Origin: Eledone cirrhosa
Lineage: Eukaryota
Length of the DNA stretch: 64,000 nt
Direction of reading: 5' to 3'
NCBI GenBank assembly: GCA_964016885.1
Contig: OZ024747.1
Coordinates: forward strand, 42,222,001 to 42,286,000
Shown: positions 1 through 11,159 of the stretch, one piece after another
Position numbering within the stretch: position 1 is the stretch's first letter
Layout of the letters: each line of letters opens with the position of its first letter
The notes under the pieces: model-generated
What the model was told of the DNA's origin: nothing
Databases searched by the model: none
The model's input: only the letters and a program-made list of their open reading frames with translations
Program-made: the position numbers and the translations under genes

Positions 1-433
1 TCAATAGCCATACAAAATCACCGGGAGAGATGACCCCTTAGCCCTTGTCAAAGCAGAATTCTAGGAGAAGGAAAACTCTGATATAACACCTGCAATCCTG
101 ATGGTATCCAATGATGTTGACTTGTTCTTCTTTTTGGTAAATATCATCTTGGTTAAGGGAGTGGGACTGGCTTTGTGCAGTGCCTTTGCTCACTATAAAA
201 GCTTCACGGCACAGGCATTGCTTTATATCTGGAGATCTCTGCACTTGTCGTCACATGGTACCATGGGCCCAGCACTATGTGTCAATAATTGTCACAAGTG
301 TAGTGTTTGTACCAGAGTTTTCATGTCGCAGGCTGGACTAAAAAGTCACACTCGTTCAGTGCATCGGTAGGGGTTCTCCTACATGGATATAAAGTAGTGG
401 CCGTACTCGAAAACGAGTTGGCAGCCACCATGT
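1..433 (+). mobile_element. Non-autonomous RTE-derived element (UTR-like head plus RTE 3' end with one C2H2 finger); 5' end runs off the window
   Basis: The 3' part encodes CSVCTRVFMSQAGLKSHTRSVHR*, like RTE C-terminal fingers. It ends ggccgtactcgaaaacgagttggcagccaccATGT, homologous to the RTE end at 7951-7990. A near-identical partial copy lies at 3990-4272. Confidence 0.75.
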
Positions 434-3400
434 TTTCTCTTTCTCTTAATTTCGAGTATATTTTTTTGACCGGCGACCTTCCTGGTGGCAAGGTTGTAAA
501 AGAAAAGAAATTGTCATCCCTTGAATCGCAAGAATGTTTTGCAAATTTTGAAGGTGCCAGCTATCGCAGCCATTTGTAGACTATGAATTAGGGAGCTGCG
601 TTTTTTGTCCGCAATTCCAAGTTCAGTCATACTTTGGTCCAAGCGGGTTGGTATATAACCCGTAGCACCAATAATGATGGGTATGAAGCTAAAGGTGTAT
701 CTTGGATACTGTATTTGTAAGCTCCTCATCAATGGTCCGTAGATGTCCTCCTTCTCCTGTATTTTTCTGACAACGTTTACATCAAGTGGGCAGCTGATCT
801 CCACAACAGAACACGTTTTCAATGTGTGGTCCCAAACTACAATATCAGGCCGGTTGTGCTTTAATTTGGTGGCAGTTTTTATTTTCAGGTTCCACCAGTA
901 TTCCTTAGTGCCATCTGTCTCAATATATTCTTCCTCGTTTGTTGTTAATTTTGTTTTCCGAAGTGCATTCCAGATGGTTCTAGCTATCCCATCGTGTCTC
1001 ATGGGGAGGTAGTAGTGAGATGACATTCTTTCGCAGCTGGCAACAATGTGGCTTACATTCTCGATCTTTGTTTTACATAGCCTACATTTATTGTCAGCTG
1101 CTGGCCCTCCTCTTTTGTGCAGCAGATATTTGGTAGGGAGTTCTTGTTCCTGTATTGCATAGAGATATCCCTCAAGGTGTGATGTCATAAACTTGTCGGA
1201 ACTCCATGCCAGGCTTTTTGAGTGGTTTATCCCCTCTATTGTCTGTGTTTTACGCCTCAAGTATCCATGCACAACTTTTTCTGTAAATTGGTCAATTTTT
1301 TTTATCTTGTTTGAACATTGAATAGGATCTTCCGATTTCTCTGGGTGAGAGATTTATATCAGGCTTTATTCCATATCTCTCCTCCAGATCAGTCGCTATT
1401 CTAATGATATTTCTTTTTTCATGCTCATAAACCTGGGCAAGATGGTTGCCAACCTTTTTCCTCTGTTGAAGGTGTTGCTTCAGTGTTACTATCCGGGTCT
1501 CATATGTTGTTAATATTGATTTTAGACCCCGGCCACCTTCCTTGCGTAAGAAGTATAGCCTATCCACATCACCATTGATGTTAAAGTTCCCAGTAACACT
1601 GAGAAGTTTTCGAGTTCCAACATCCATCTCACTTAGTTCAGTAGGCCAAATGTTGGCGTTAGAATTGGCACAGCATAAGTATCGTGGGCAATGTATTTGT
1701 TGTATGCTGACAGTTCTGATGACCATATTTTCTTTACTCTTCTGAGGTATTCAGTTCTGGTTCTCTCCTTATTTATGTGTCCATCATATCTGACATTCTC
1801 ATCCTGTCCAAGATATCTGTAGTTGTCACCTGACTGCAGAGGTTGTATTGTCAAGCCGTTCATCTCTAGATTTCTAGAGGAGGGCACAGCTCTTCCACGT
1901 TTTACTGCCAAATATGCACTCTTGGACTCACTAAATTTCATTTTGATGTCTGTTGAAAATTGTGTAATGAGGTCCAATTGTTTCTTGATGTCATTGATAT
2001 TTGGCCCATACAACTTCAGGTCATCAACAAAGAAAAGATGGGAGATACTTCTGGGCCCACTTCTTTGTCCACCTTGTTTCCTGAGTAGGTAAGATAGTGG
2101 ATTCAGTGAGAGAACGAAGAGTAGCAGTGACAAGCTATCACCCTGAAAGATGCCCTTCTGGTAATGTATCTTATCAGTCTTAACCTGCTCCTTCTCACCT
2201 CTAAGGATCAAATTGGTGTACCAGTTCTTGGTCAGGCGTTCAACAGCAGCTACCAATGGTTGTGGGACTTTAGCTAACTGTAAAGCCTTAATAATCCACC
2301 CATGAGGTACACTATCGAATGCTATTTGATAGTCCAGCCACACGACAGTCATGTTTCTGCGATTCTTTGTTGTTTTTTCCTGAATCATTTTGTTAGTTAG
2401 TAGGTGATCTATGCAACCCCACACCTCCCTTTTTCCACCAGCTTGCTCAGGTGTTATGATGTTGTTGGTAGCACAGTGATCCTGTAAGAACAGGTTAAGG
2501 CACCCAGTATATAATTTATACATGATGTTTTGGCAGGCAATTGGGCGGTAATTTTTAGCAAGGGTGGTTTGGCTATTTTGGGGAATGAGGAGAGTAGTGA
2601 CAGTTGATAACCGTCTGGGCAGTTCTTGTGTGCCCTTAATGGTTTCTGTAAACAGCCGTATGAGATCTTGCCGATAGAAAGTGAAATTCTTCAACCAGTA
2701 TCCTGTAATGAGGTCTGGGCCTGGTGATTTCCTATTCGACATTTTCTGTAGAGCTGTTTCCAGTATTGATCCATCTATGTCATATTGTTTTGTCTGGACA
2801 TGTTGGCAGTAGTCCTGTTCCAGTTTTTTAGCCAATTAGCTTGTCTGTTGAATCCGTCATCCGTTTCCCATACATATCTCCAGTAGCTCTCAACCTGTTC
2901 TTTTGAAGGGGTGTCGTTTACAGGGATTGAGCTTTTGCCACCGAAGCTGCGATATACTGATTTAGGATCTCTGGCAAACAATCTATTTAGCACTTGTCGT
3001 TTATGTGCTGTTGACTTATATTTTAGTCTTTCTGTTGTAGCTGTGAGTTGTTGTTTCAACTGGTGTCATTTGGAGTTTAAAGTTTTAAATTTTGTATCTC
3101 CAAATCGTCTCTCTAACCTTTTCTTTAGGTCTTCCTGGTGTCGTGTGAAGTTGCTCTCTATGTTGCATTTCATAACGACTGCGATGTGTGAGATACTTCG
3201 TCTCAGGGACAAAATTTTGGTTTTTAAATTTCGCATCCACGCTGGTTCAGGCTTTCTGTTTGTATCTTGATTGCGTGGTTTTAGATGTGTGTTATATGAT
3301 AGCAATGTGACAGCTGAAACATATAACAAAACATTAAGCGTTTCAAATGTCGTTTCTACACCTTTAGATCGTATAGCCTTCAGATAATTGCCAGCTATTT

Positions 3401-3891
3401 CGTTCACCGCTTCCAATTCCAATTTAGTGGGTTCTTTACTGACTCTAGTGTTGTATGGTCTGTCACTCACATTAAGGCTGTGTATCTCTTGAAACATATC
3501 GTTCCATATCACTTGTAGGGTGCCCACAAGTTTTTGGTGCTCTGTTTGTTCAGTAGAGTCATGAATTTCAGCCTCGTTGTTGATGTGGTGACAATTACTA
3601 CTAGAGTCAGCTGGCCTTTCTCGCTGTTCTTCAGTGGAAGTGGGATGGATTTCAGCAAAATTGTTGGTGAGCTGTTCACTGTTAGATTTAGCTGGCCATT
3701 CTCTTTGTCTGTCAGTGGAGGTGGGGTGGTTGTCTACAAGGGCTGTATTTGTAGTATCACTCAATTCCGTTAGATGTATCAATTTACATCTAATGATACG
3801 TTTTGCCTGTTCATTTAGATGCTTTGGAGAAAAGTCTAATTCTGGGTGTTTGGAGTTCCATAAAGTTTTTAGCCTTTGCATAAAACCGAAC
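434..3891 (-). mobile_element. R4/Dong-clade RLE non-LTR retrotransposon, family A, frameshifted and slightly 5'-truncated
   Basis: Broken ORFs 3893-3066, 3059-2775, 2835-1633, 1726-1292 and 1272-514. RT motifs NYRPIAC, WLDY..AFDSVPH, GIFQGDSLS, HLFFVDDLKLY; CCHC knuckle CRLC...HIVASC; RHD; restriction-like endonuclease NRPDIVV...VVEISCP. Confidence 0.92.
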
Positions 3892-3989
3892 ATGTATGTA
3901 TGTATGTATGTATGTATGTATGTATGTATGTATGTTTGAATGTATGTATGTATGTATTTTTATATGTATGTATGAATGTATATATGTAT
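3892..3989. repeat. (ATGT)n microsatellite
   Basis: Direct reading. Confidence 0.95.
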
Positions 3990-4272
3990 GGTTAAGAGAG
4001 TGGGACTGGCTTTGTGCAGTGCCTTTTCTCACTATAAAAGCTTCACGGCACAGGTATTGCTTTATATCTGGAGATCTCTCTACACTTGTCGTCACATGGT
4101 ACCAAGGGCCCAGCACTATGTGTCAATAATTGTCACAAGTGTAGTGTTTGTACCAGAGTTTTCAAGTCGCTGGCTGGACTAAAAAGTCACACTCGTTCAG
4201 CGCATCGGTAGGGGTTCTCCTACATGGATATAAAGTAGTGGCCGTACTCGAAAACGAGTTGGCAGCCACCAT
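3990..4272 (+). mobile_element. 5'-truncated second copy of the RTE-derived non-autonomous element
   Basis: Nearly identical to 150-431; followed by atatgtatgtatgt. Confidence 0.8.
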
Positions 4273-4295
4273 ATATGTATGTATGTATATACATA

Positions 4296-4577
4296 TGTCG
4301 GGACACTCTTGAGTACTATTGGTAACATGTAACCCAGTACAACCTGTCGCATGGTCAGGTCGTCGGCGACTAAATCGGCAACCTCACCAAGTTTACTTGG
4401 TGAGGAGGCTGATTTTGGATATCCTGCAGGACAAAAAACAAAACCTGACAAAGGGCGGAAGAACTCATAAGAGTCAACGGCCATCCCAAAGAGTGTAAAT
4501 ATGTATATACACATGTACATATGTATGTATATGTGTATATACATGGGTACATGTGTATGTATATGCGCGGGGACATA
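4296..4577. mobile_element. Structured short interspersed repeat, unclassified (second partial copy at 25531-25652)
   Basis: acaaagggcggaagaactcat..gagtcaacggccatcc...gcgcggggacata recurs at 25531-25652. Long hairpin aaatcggc..cctcaccaag/cttggtgagg..gctgattt. Confidence 0.6.
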
Positions 4578-4954
4578 GAAATAGTTGGGCTGGATACCCG
4601 ATCGCGCGGTTAAACCTCTGGGAGTGAAGGACCCCTAGCCTTTGTCAGGGCATTTTTATAGGAGAAGGCAACTCAGGAATCTGGGATAACTCTGTAGTTA
4701 CCGATGATGTTGATCTTTTCTTCTTTTCGGGTTATAGCTACTGTCGCTCAGAGAGTTGGATTGGCTCAATGCACAGTCTTTCCTCACTTTAAAAAAATTT
4801 TCACGCACAGGCATTGCACAATAGAATTAATTAATTATTATTAATGTTATATCGTGCAATGGCCATACTTGATAACGAGGGGGCAGCCATCATGTATGTA
4901 TGTATGTATGTATGTATGTATGTATGTATGTATGTATGTATGTATGTATGTATG
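4578..4954 (+). mobile_element. RTE-partner non-autonomous element with (ATGT)n tail
   Basis: Head is homologous to 32-221. The 42 nt at 4852-4893 match the RTE end at 7942-7983 with one mismatch. (ATGT)n tail follows. Confidence 0.8.
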
Positions 4955-5064
4955 TTATTTTGAGTTTGTTTTTTTCCCTTCCCTTTTCTTTTCTTTTCTT
5001 TTCCCTTCCCTTTTTTTATGTTTTGATGCCGCTGTTGTTGTTGTTGTAAATGTTCATTTCAGTT

Positions 5065-7636
5065 CATTCTGAAGCTGTTGTTGCTCGTCTTAAGGATAAA
5101 AATGTGAAGAGGACATTGGAAGAAGAGATGCAGGCTGCAGATCTTGGTGAGGATTGGCCGACCCTTAAAAAGTCGGTTTATGATGTGGGCAGGCGTGTTC
5201 TGGGATTGGTGCAGAGAAAACATCAGGACTGGTTTAATGAGAATGATGTACATATAGAAGACTTGTTGGCTGATAAGAGGCGTGCTCTGTCACGCTACTT
5301 GACGGCAAAACCACAGGAGAGGAATACGTTGCATGAGGAGCTCAGGGATGTAAAATCACGTGTTAGGCGGAGTCTTTCTCAGATGAAGGATCAGTGGTGG
5401 AGTGAGAAGGCTGATTCCAATAACACAAAGCTGTTGTACAGTCTCTTGCGTGAGGTTTATGGACCGTCTTCTTCTCTGGTGACACCACTTCGCAGCAAGG
5501 ATGGCAAAGAACTTCTTCGTGACTCACAGGGAATTCTACGAAGGTGGCGAGAGCACTTTGATGATCTCTTGAATCAGCCGTCTGTCGTCAGTGAAGATTT
5601 CCTCAATCTCATTCCAGAAAGTCCTGTGAAAGTAGCTCTCGCAGAACCTCCGACGCTTGTGGAGGTTGCAGTGGCTATTTCGAAGCTGAACAGTGGAAGA
5701 TCTCCAGGTATGGATGGCATACATGCTGAGCTCCTACAATATGGTGGTGAGAGACTCCTGCAACATCTGCACTCTTTGTTTGGAAGGATATGGGCTAATG
5801 AATCCGTACCTGAGGACTGGAGAGATGCAGTAATGGTGGTCTTGTACAAGGGAAAGGGTAACAGGAATGATTGTGGGAATTACAGATGTATATCATTGCT
5901 TTCTGTCGTAGGGAAAGTTTTATGTAGGGTGCTTCTGGACCGTCTGCTGACACACATTGCAGATTGTGTTCTTCCTGAAAGTCAATCTGGTTTTCGTGCT
6001 GGACGCGGCACTACTGATATGATCTTCTCAGCTAGACAGCTCCAGGAGAGGTGCATTGAACAAGGCTTGGATCTGTATCAGGTTTTTGTCGATCTGACAA
6101 AGGCTTTCGATACTGTCAACAGAGAGGCATTATGGAAGGTTCTCCAGAAACTTGGTTGCCCTGATAAGTTCCTTGCTTTAGTTAGGTTTTTCCATGACGA
6201 CATGAAGGCTTGGGTTAATGTCGGAGGTAACATGTCGGAGCCTATCTCAGTAAAAAATGGAGTGAAACAGGGGGATATTCCAGCACCGACCCTGTTTGCC
6301 ATATACTTTGCAATGGTTTTCTGTATTGCATTCAGGAATTGCGAGCATGGTGTTTACATCCGATATCGAACCTCAGGCAGCATATTTAACATCAGGCGCT
6401 TTGCTGCGAAGACAAAAGTATTTACATCAATCATAAGAGACCTCTTGTATGCAGATGATTGCGATCTTGTAGCGCACACAGAGAGTGATATGCAGCACAT
6501 TTGAATGCATTTTCTGACGCTTGCACTGCCCTGGGTTTGACTGTCAGTCTCAAGAAAACCGTCGTCATGTACCAACCTGCCCCTAGTAAGCAGTACACTG
6601 AACCAAACATCTATGTGTATGGCAAACGACTTGGAGTGGTTGATCAGTTTGTCTACCTGGGAAGCACTGTCAATCGATACGGCAACCTTGACAGTGAAAT
6701 CTCACTTAGGATTAGGAAAGCAAGTGATGCTTTCGGAAAGCTAGAAAGGCGACTCTGGGGTCGGCGAGACATATGCAGGAGGACAAAGGTAAAGGTGTAC
6801 AGGGCATGTGTACTCTCTTGTCTTTTTTATGCCTGCGAGACCTGGGTCACATATCGACACCATCTTAAGCAATTGGAGCGTTTCCATCAGATGTGTCTCA
6901 GACGGATCCATGGCGTTCACTGGAGGGACCACATCAGTGATGTCGAGATTTTGGAAAGCTCTATGTGTGACAGTATAGAAGCTCTTGTGCTTAAGCAACG
7001 ACTCCGTTGGAGTGGTCATCTTGCCAGGATGAAGGATTATAGAATACCAAAACAACTCTTCTATGGAGAGTTGATTAAAGGAAAACGACCGCCACATAAA
7101 CCAAAAAAGAGGTATAAGGATTCCTTGAAAGCCTCTCTGAAAGACGCTAACATCTCTGCTGATACATGGGAAAATATTGCTGCTGATCGTAATAAATGGA
7201 GAAAGACTGTATATGAGGGAAAAGTTGCCTTTGAGGCATCTCGAATCGCACACGAGAAAGTAAAGCGGGATGTGAGGAAGGGCATTGCTGTTGCACTTCC
7301 AGACGGCGAGGGTCCTCCTATGGTGCTGACATGCAGCGTCTGTGCGAGACTCTGCCTAAGCAAAGCTGGACTCGAAAGTCATCTTCGCAGTCATAAAGTA
7401 AGACCAGTGGTTGACTACCAGGCTGCTGTTGGAGATGCTACTCATCATGCTTGCCAAACATGTGGTAGAGAATGTAAATCAGCAGGAGGGCTCAAGCGAC
7501 ATGCAAAAGTACACGAACTCCAACCACAGCCGACTATTCCCAGTAAATGTTTTGGTTGCCGACTCTGTGCAAGACATTGTAGATCATTGGCTGGGCTAAA
7601 AAGCCACATTCGATCGCAGCACTGTTAGTTGTTATC

Positions 7637-7670
<34 letters not shown>

Positions 7671-8056
7671 GCTTATGTGCGTGCGTGTGTGTGTATATAT
7701 ATATGAATATGTATATTATTATTGTTGTTGTCGTTATTATTATTATTGCTATTATTATTATTATTGCTATTAATGTATGTGTGTGTGTGTGTATATGTGT
7801 GTGTGTATGTGTATGTATGTGTGTATGTATATATGTATGTATGTATATATATATTCTTTTTTTTTTTTTTTTAATTTATTATTATTATTATTATTATTAT
7901 TTTATTTAATTTTTTTATTTATTTATTATTTTTTTTTTTTCTCGTGCAATGGCCATACTCGATAACGAGGGGGCAGCCATCATCATGTATGTATGTATGT
8001 ATGTATGTATGTATGTATGTATGTATGTATGTATGTATGTATGTATGTATGTATGT
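5065..8056 (+). mobile_element. RTE-clade LINE, 5'-truncated (no APE domain), one frameshift near 6500, three C-terminal C2H2 fingers, (ATGT)n tail
   Basis: ORFs 5050-6504 and 6501-7628. Motifs GNYRCISLL, SQSGFR, FVDLTKAFDTV, GVKQG, LLYADD, YLGS, LRWSGH, IPKQLFYGEL. Microsatellite-rich 3' UTR with a terminal stem-loop. Confidence 0.95.
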
Positions 8057-8349
8057 TAAAATATATTTTATAACACCCCTAAGAAATGTTTCTCCTCAGT
8101 AAAGAACTAACATCTATGAAAGAATTTTACACATATGTACCATCAATCGACAATATGACACATGTACACTTCAGTATTGTTTAATAAAATGGAAGTTCTC
8201 TGATCCCTATTTTACAAATGTATTTACTTTAAAAAAAATTCATATTAATGGTCCTCAGGATTTAAAATTATGAATTTAGTGGTCCGTGAGGTCCGAAAGG
8301 TTGGTGACCGCTGGCATAGATAAAATAAGATTTATTAATACGCATCTTA

Positions 8350-8562
8350 GGGCAATGGATTAGCAGTATCAGTAGAGGCGTCGGACACCATGTTTCGCAC
8401 CATAGAGTTACGGCTCTTTACGTTCTGAGTTCAAATCCAGCCGAGGTTAAGCTTTGCCTTTTATCCTTACGAGGTCAATAGATAAAGCACCAGTAATGCA
8501 CTAGGGTCGATTTAATCGATTTTCATCCATCCCCTTCAAATTGCTGGCCTTGTAGAAACAAT
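8350..8562 (+). mobile_element. tRNA-derived SINE (dominant family of the window)
   Basis: B box gagttcaaatc and conserved body gaggttaa.ctttgccttt.atccttacg.ggtc.ata.ataaag.accagt. Confidence 0.85.
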
Positions 8563-8592
8563 TAATACGTATCTTATTCTTTTTTTTCACAG

Positions 8593-8720
8593 GTTTAATT
8601 GCCGATATGTTTTCTTACAACATGTCCTTCTTCATCTCCGGTATCATCGTACTCATAATTTCGACGATTTTTAGCATAATCGCCTTTTGCACACGTAAGA
8701 CCAACGCACCATCTTCATAA
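8593..8720 (+). CDS. Terminal coding exon of an MFS transporter (SLC16/monocarboxylate-transporter-like last TM helix); not in the ORF track
   Basis: Acceptor (t)n-cacAG at 8592, phase 1. Reads (G)LIADMFSYNMSFFISGIIVLIISTIFSIIAFCTRKTNAPSS*, fitting the G-x-x-x-D...SY...F...G plus hydrophobic-helix pattern. AATAAA lies 59 nt downstream. Confidence 0.7.
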
Positions 8721-8778
8721 CACTATTTTTTATCTTTTTTTAAATTTTTATTTTGTTAATTATCTGACATAAGTCAGC

Positions 8779-8784
8779 AATAAA
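8779..8784 (+). promoter_or_regulatory. Candidate polyadenylation signal of the transporter gene
   Basis: AATAAA after the stop codon, with a GT/T-rich tract downstream (tgtctttgttg). Confidence 0.5.
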
Positions 8785-8916
8785 AAGCATTTCCCAAAAA
8801 TATATTCAATGTCTTTGTTGTATATCTGTTTCAATCCTACATTTATCTATGACGAATACACACACACACACACGCGCGCGCGCGCGCGCGCACACACACA
8901 CACAGATACACATATA

Positions 8917-8979
<63 letters not shown>

Positions 8980-8992
8980 ATGTGTGCGTATG

Positions 8993-9043
<51 letters not shown>

Positions 9044-9076
9044 ATGTGTGTGTATGTATGTGTGTATATATATATA

Positions 9077-10863
9077 GGAACAAGTAGGACCCTGACGGCT
9101 GAGCTCAAGCCGTTTCGACGGCTAATTCTGGACTAAATAAACATTTTTAGCCTGGTAAATGAATAGCCGAACTTCTCAGGGGGTAATTCCATATATGGTA
9201 AAAGTGATTGTCACAAGGATGGGTCAAAAGTTTGTTGTTAAGACATATGATTCTATCATGGCATTTTGTGGAAGGTAGGGGTAGCTGAACTTGCCAGTAG
9301 AAGAAAGAGGGAGAGGGAGTGGAGGAAACCCAGTCAAGCGTTGAAAGTGAAAAATACAGCAGATTCTAAGGATAGTGTATAGAAGGTCGAAAAAAGTACA
9401 CTAGAGAAGGGGGAGGGGAAGTTGAAACAATAAGTAAATCTAAAGGGAGTAAACAAAAAAGCCATTATAAAAATGAGGAAATATATAAACAATATATAAA
9501 AAAATATAAAAAACAATTTCTAGTTACTACTCCTCTTCCACAATCATCAAATCTCTCATTGGTACTGCTAAGCTATAGAAAAGTTTAATAGGTGGGAAGG
9601 AATACTAAATACGAGATTGTAGTGAAAGAATTTTATGAGGCCATCATTACAGGGGGTCTACCACCACTACTATATTTAGTAGTAATCAGCCAATGCTATC
9701 TTACAATGACAGGTCAATAAGTTGAGGACCAACATACTAAAAAAACTAATACGAAATATTAATTCAGAATCCCGAAACTAATACGAAATATTAATTCATA
9801 ATCCCGAAACATGAATACTAATACAATATATATAAAAGTACTGCTACAATACATAAATTCTAATACAATCTACATAATACTCATACAATATATATAAAAA
9901 AACTAATACAATATATATAAATACTGCTACAATACATACATTCTAATACAATCTACATAAATACTCGTACAATATATATGAAAAACTAATACCAAATATT
10001 AACCTGTCATTGTAAGATAGCTTTGGCTGATTACTACTAACTATCGTAGTGGTGGTAGACCCCCTGTAACGATGGCCTCATAAAATTCTTTCACTACAAT
10101 CTCGTATTTAGTATTCCTTTCCACCTATATATTTCCTCATTTTTATAATGGCTTTTTTGTTTACTCCCTTTAGATTTACTTATTGTTTCAACTTCCCCTC
10201 CCCCTTCTCTAGTGTACTTTTTTCGACCTTCTATACACTATCCTTAGAATCTGCTGTATTTTTCACTTTCAACGCTTGACTGGGTTTCCTCCACTCCCTC
10301 TCCCTCTTTCTTCTACTGGCAAGTTCAGCTACCCCTACCTTCCACAAAATGCCATGATAGAATCATATGTCTTAACAACAAACTTTTGACCAATCCTTGT
10401 GACAATCACTTTTACCATATATGGAATTACCCCCTGAGAAGTTCGGCTATTCATTAAACAAAAAAGCCATTATAAAAATGAGGAAATATATAAACAATAT
10501 ATAAAAAAATATAAAAAACAATTTCTAGTTACTACTCCTCTTCCACAATCATCAAATCTCTCATTGGTACTGCTAAGCTATAGAAAAGTTTAATAGGTGG
10601 GAAGGAATACTAAATACGAGATTGTAGTGAAAGAATTTTATGAGGTCATCATTACAGGGGGTCTACCACCACTACGATAGTTAGTAGTAATCAGCCAATG
10701 CTATCTTACATAAAAATGTTTATTTAGTCCAGAATTAGCCGTCGAAACGGCTTGAGCTCAGCCGTCGGGGTCCTACTTATTCCTATTACCCACTCTACTA
10801 CCCTAAGTATTGAGTACTTTGGTGCGTTATGGTCCATCTGGTTCCTTACCACACTTCCTTCGT
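9077..10863. mobile_element. Hammerhead-bearing non-coding element (Penelope pLTR/retrozyme-like) rearranged as a foldback between (TA)n tracts
   Basis: 10003-10455 is the reverse complement of parts of 9158-9714; 10456-10710 directly repeats 9451-9705; 10711-10783 is the reverse complement of 9077-9150. Related pieces at 39838-40090 and 40442-40577. Confidence 0.75.
9089..9184 (-). ncRNA. Type I hammerhead ribozyme motif with variant core (CUGAGAA)
   Basis: Minus strand reads cccc CUGAGAA G-uu-cggcua...uagccg-u-C GAAA CGGCU ugagcuc AGCCG UC aggg. Confidence 0.6.
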
Positions 10864-10890
10864 TATATATATATATATATATATATATAT

Positions 10891-11129
10891 CAGGGGCGGT
10901 GCAATCATTTCTGAATCGGGGGTGGGGGTGGGGAAAATTTGGATAATTTAGTTGTAGTGATTAGTTTAGTTCTTTGCACTTTAAAATGGTCAGAAAACTT
11001 CGATATGCGATAAACATAACTTGTACATAGAATGTAGCGCATATACAAAATAGATGTGTGTTATTGTAGATTGGGAGAAAATATAATTTCTGGAGAGGGG
11101 CATTCTCCTACCCAGTTCTACCGCTATTG
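10891..11129. mobile_element. hAT-like MITE remnant (related sequence at 52053-52430)
   Basis: Ends caggggcggtg / taccgctattg; internal aatttagttgtagtgattagttt is shared with 52098-52150. Confidence 0.45.
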
Positions 11130-11159
11130 TATATATATAATAAAAAAAAATTCTGCTCT

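Noticed and set aside
101-370. 89-aa ORF as a host zinc-finger gene
   Set aside because: The finger is an RTE C-terminal remnant, and the sister copy at 3990-4272 is frameshifted there.
7685-9136. ORFs rich in YI/CV/HT/ER/LS dipeptides here and elsewhere (16.9, 26.9, 30.7, 58-59, 61 kb)
   Set aside because: Translations of microsatellites.
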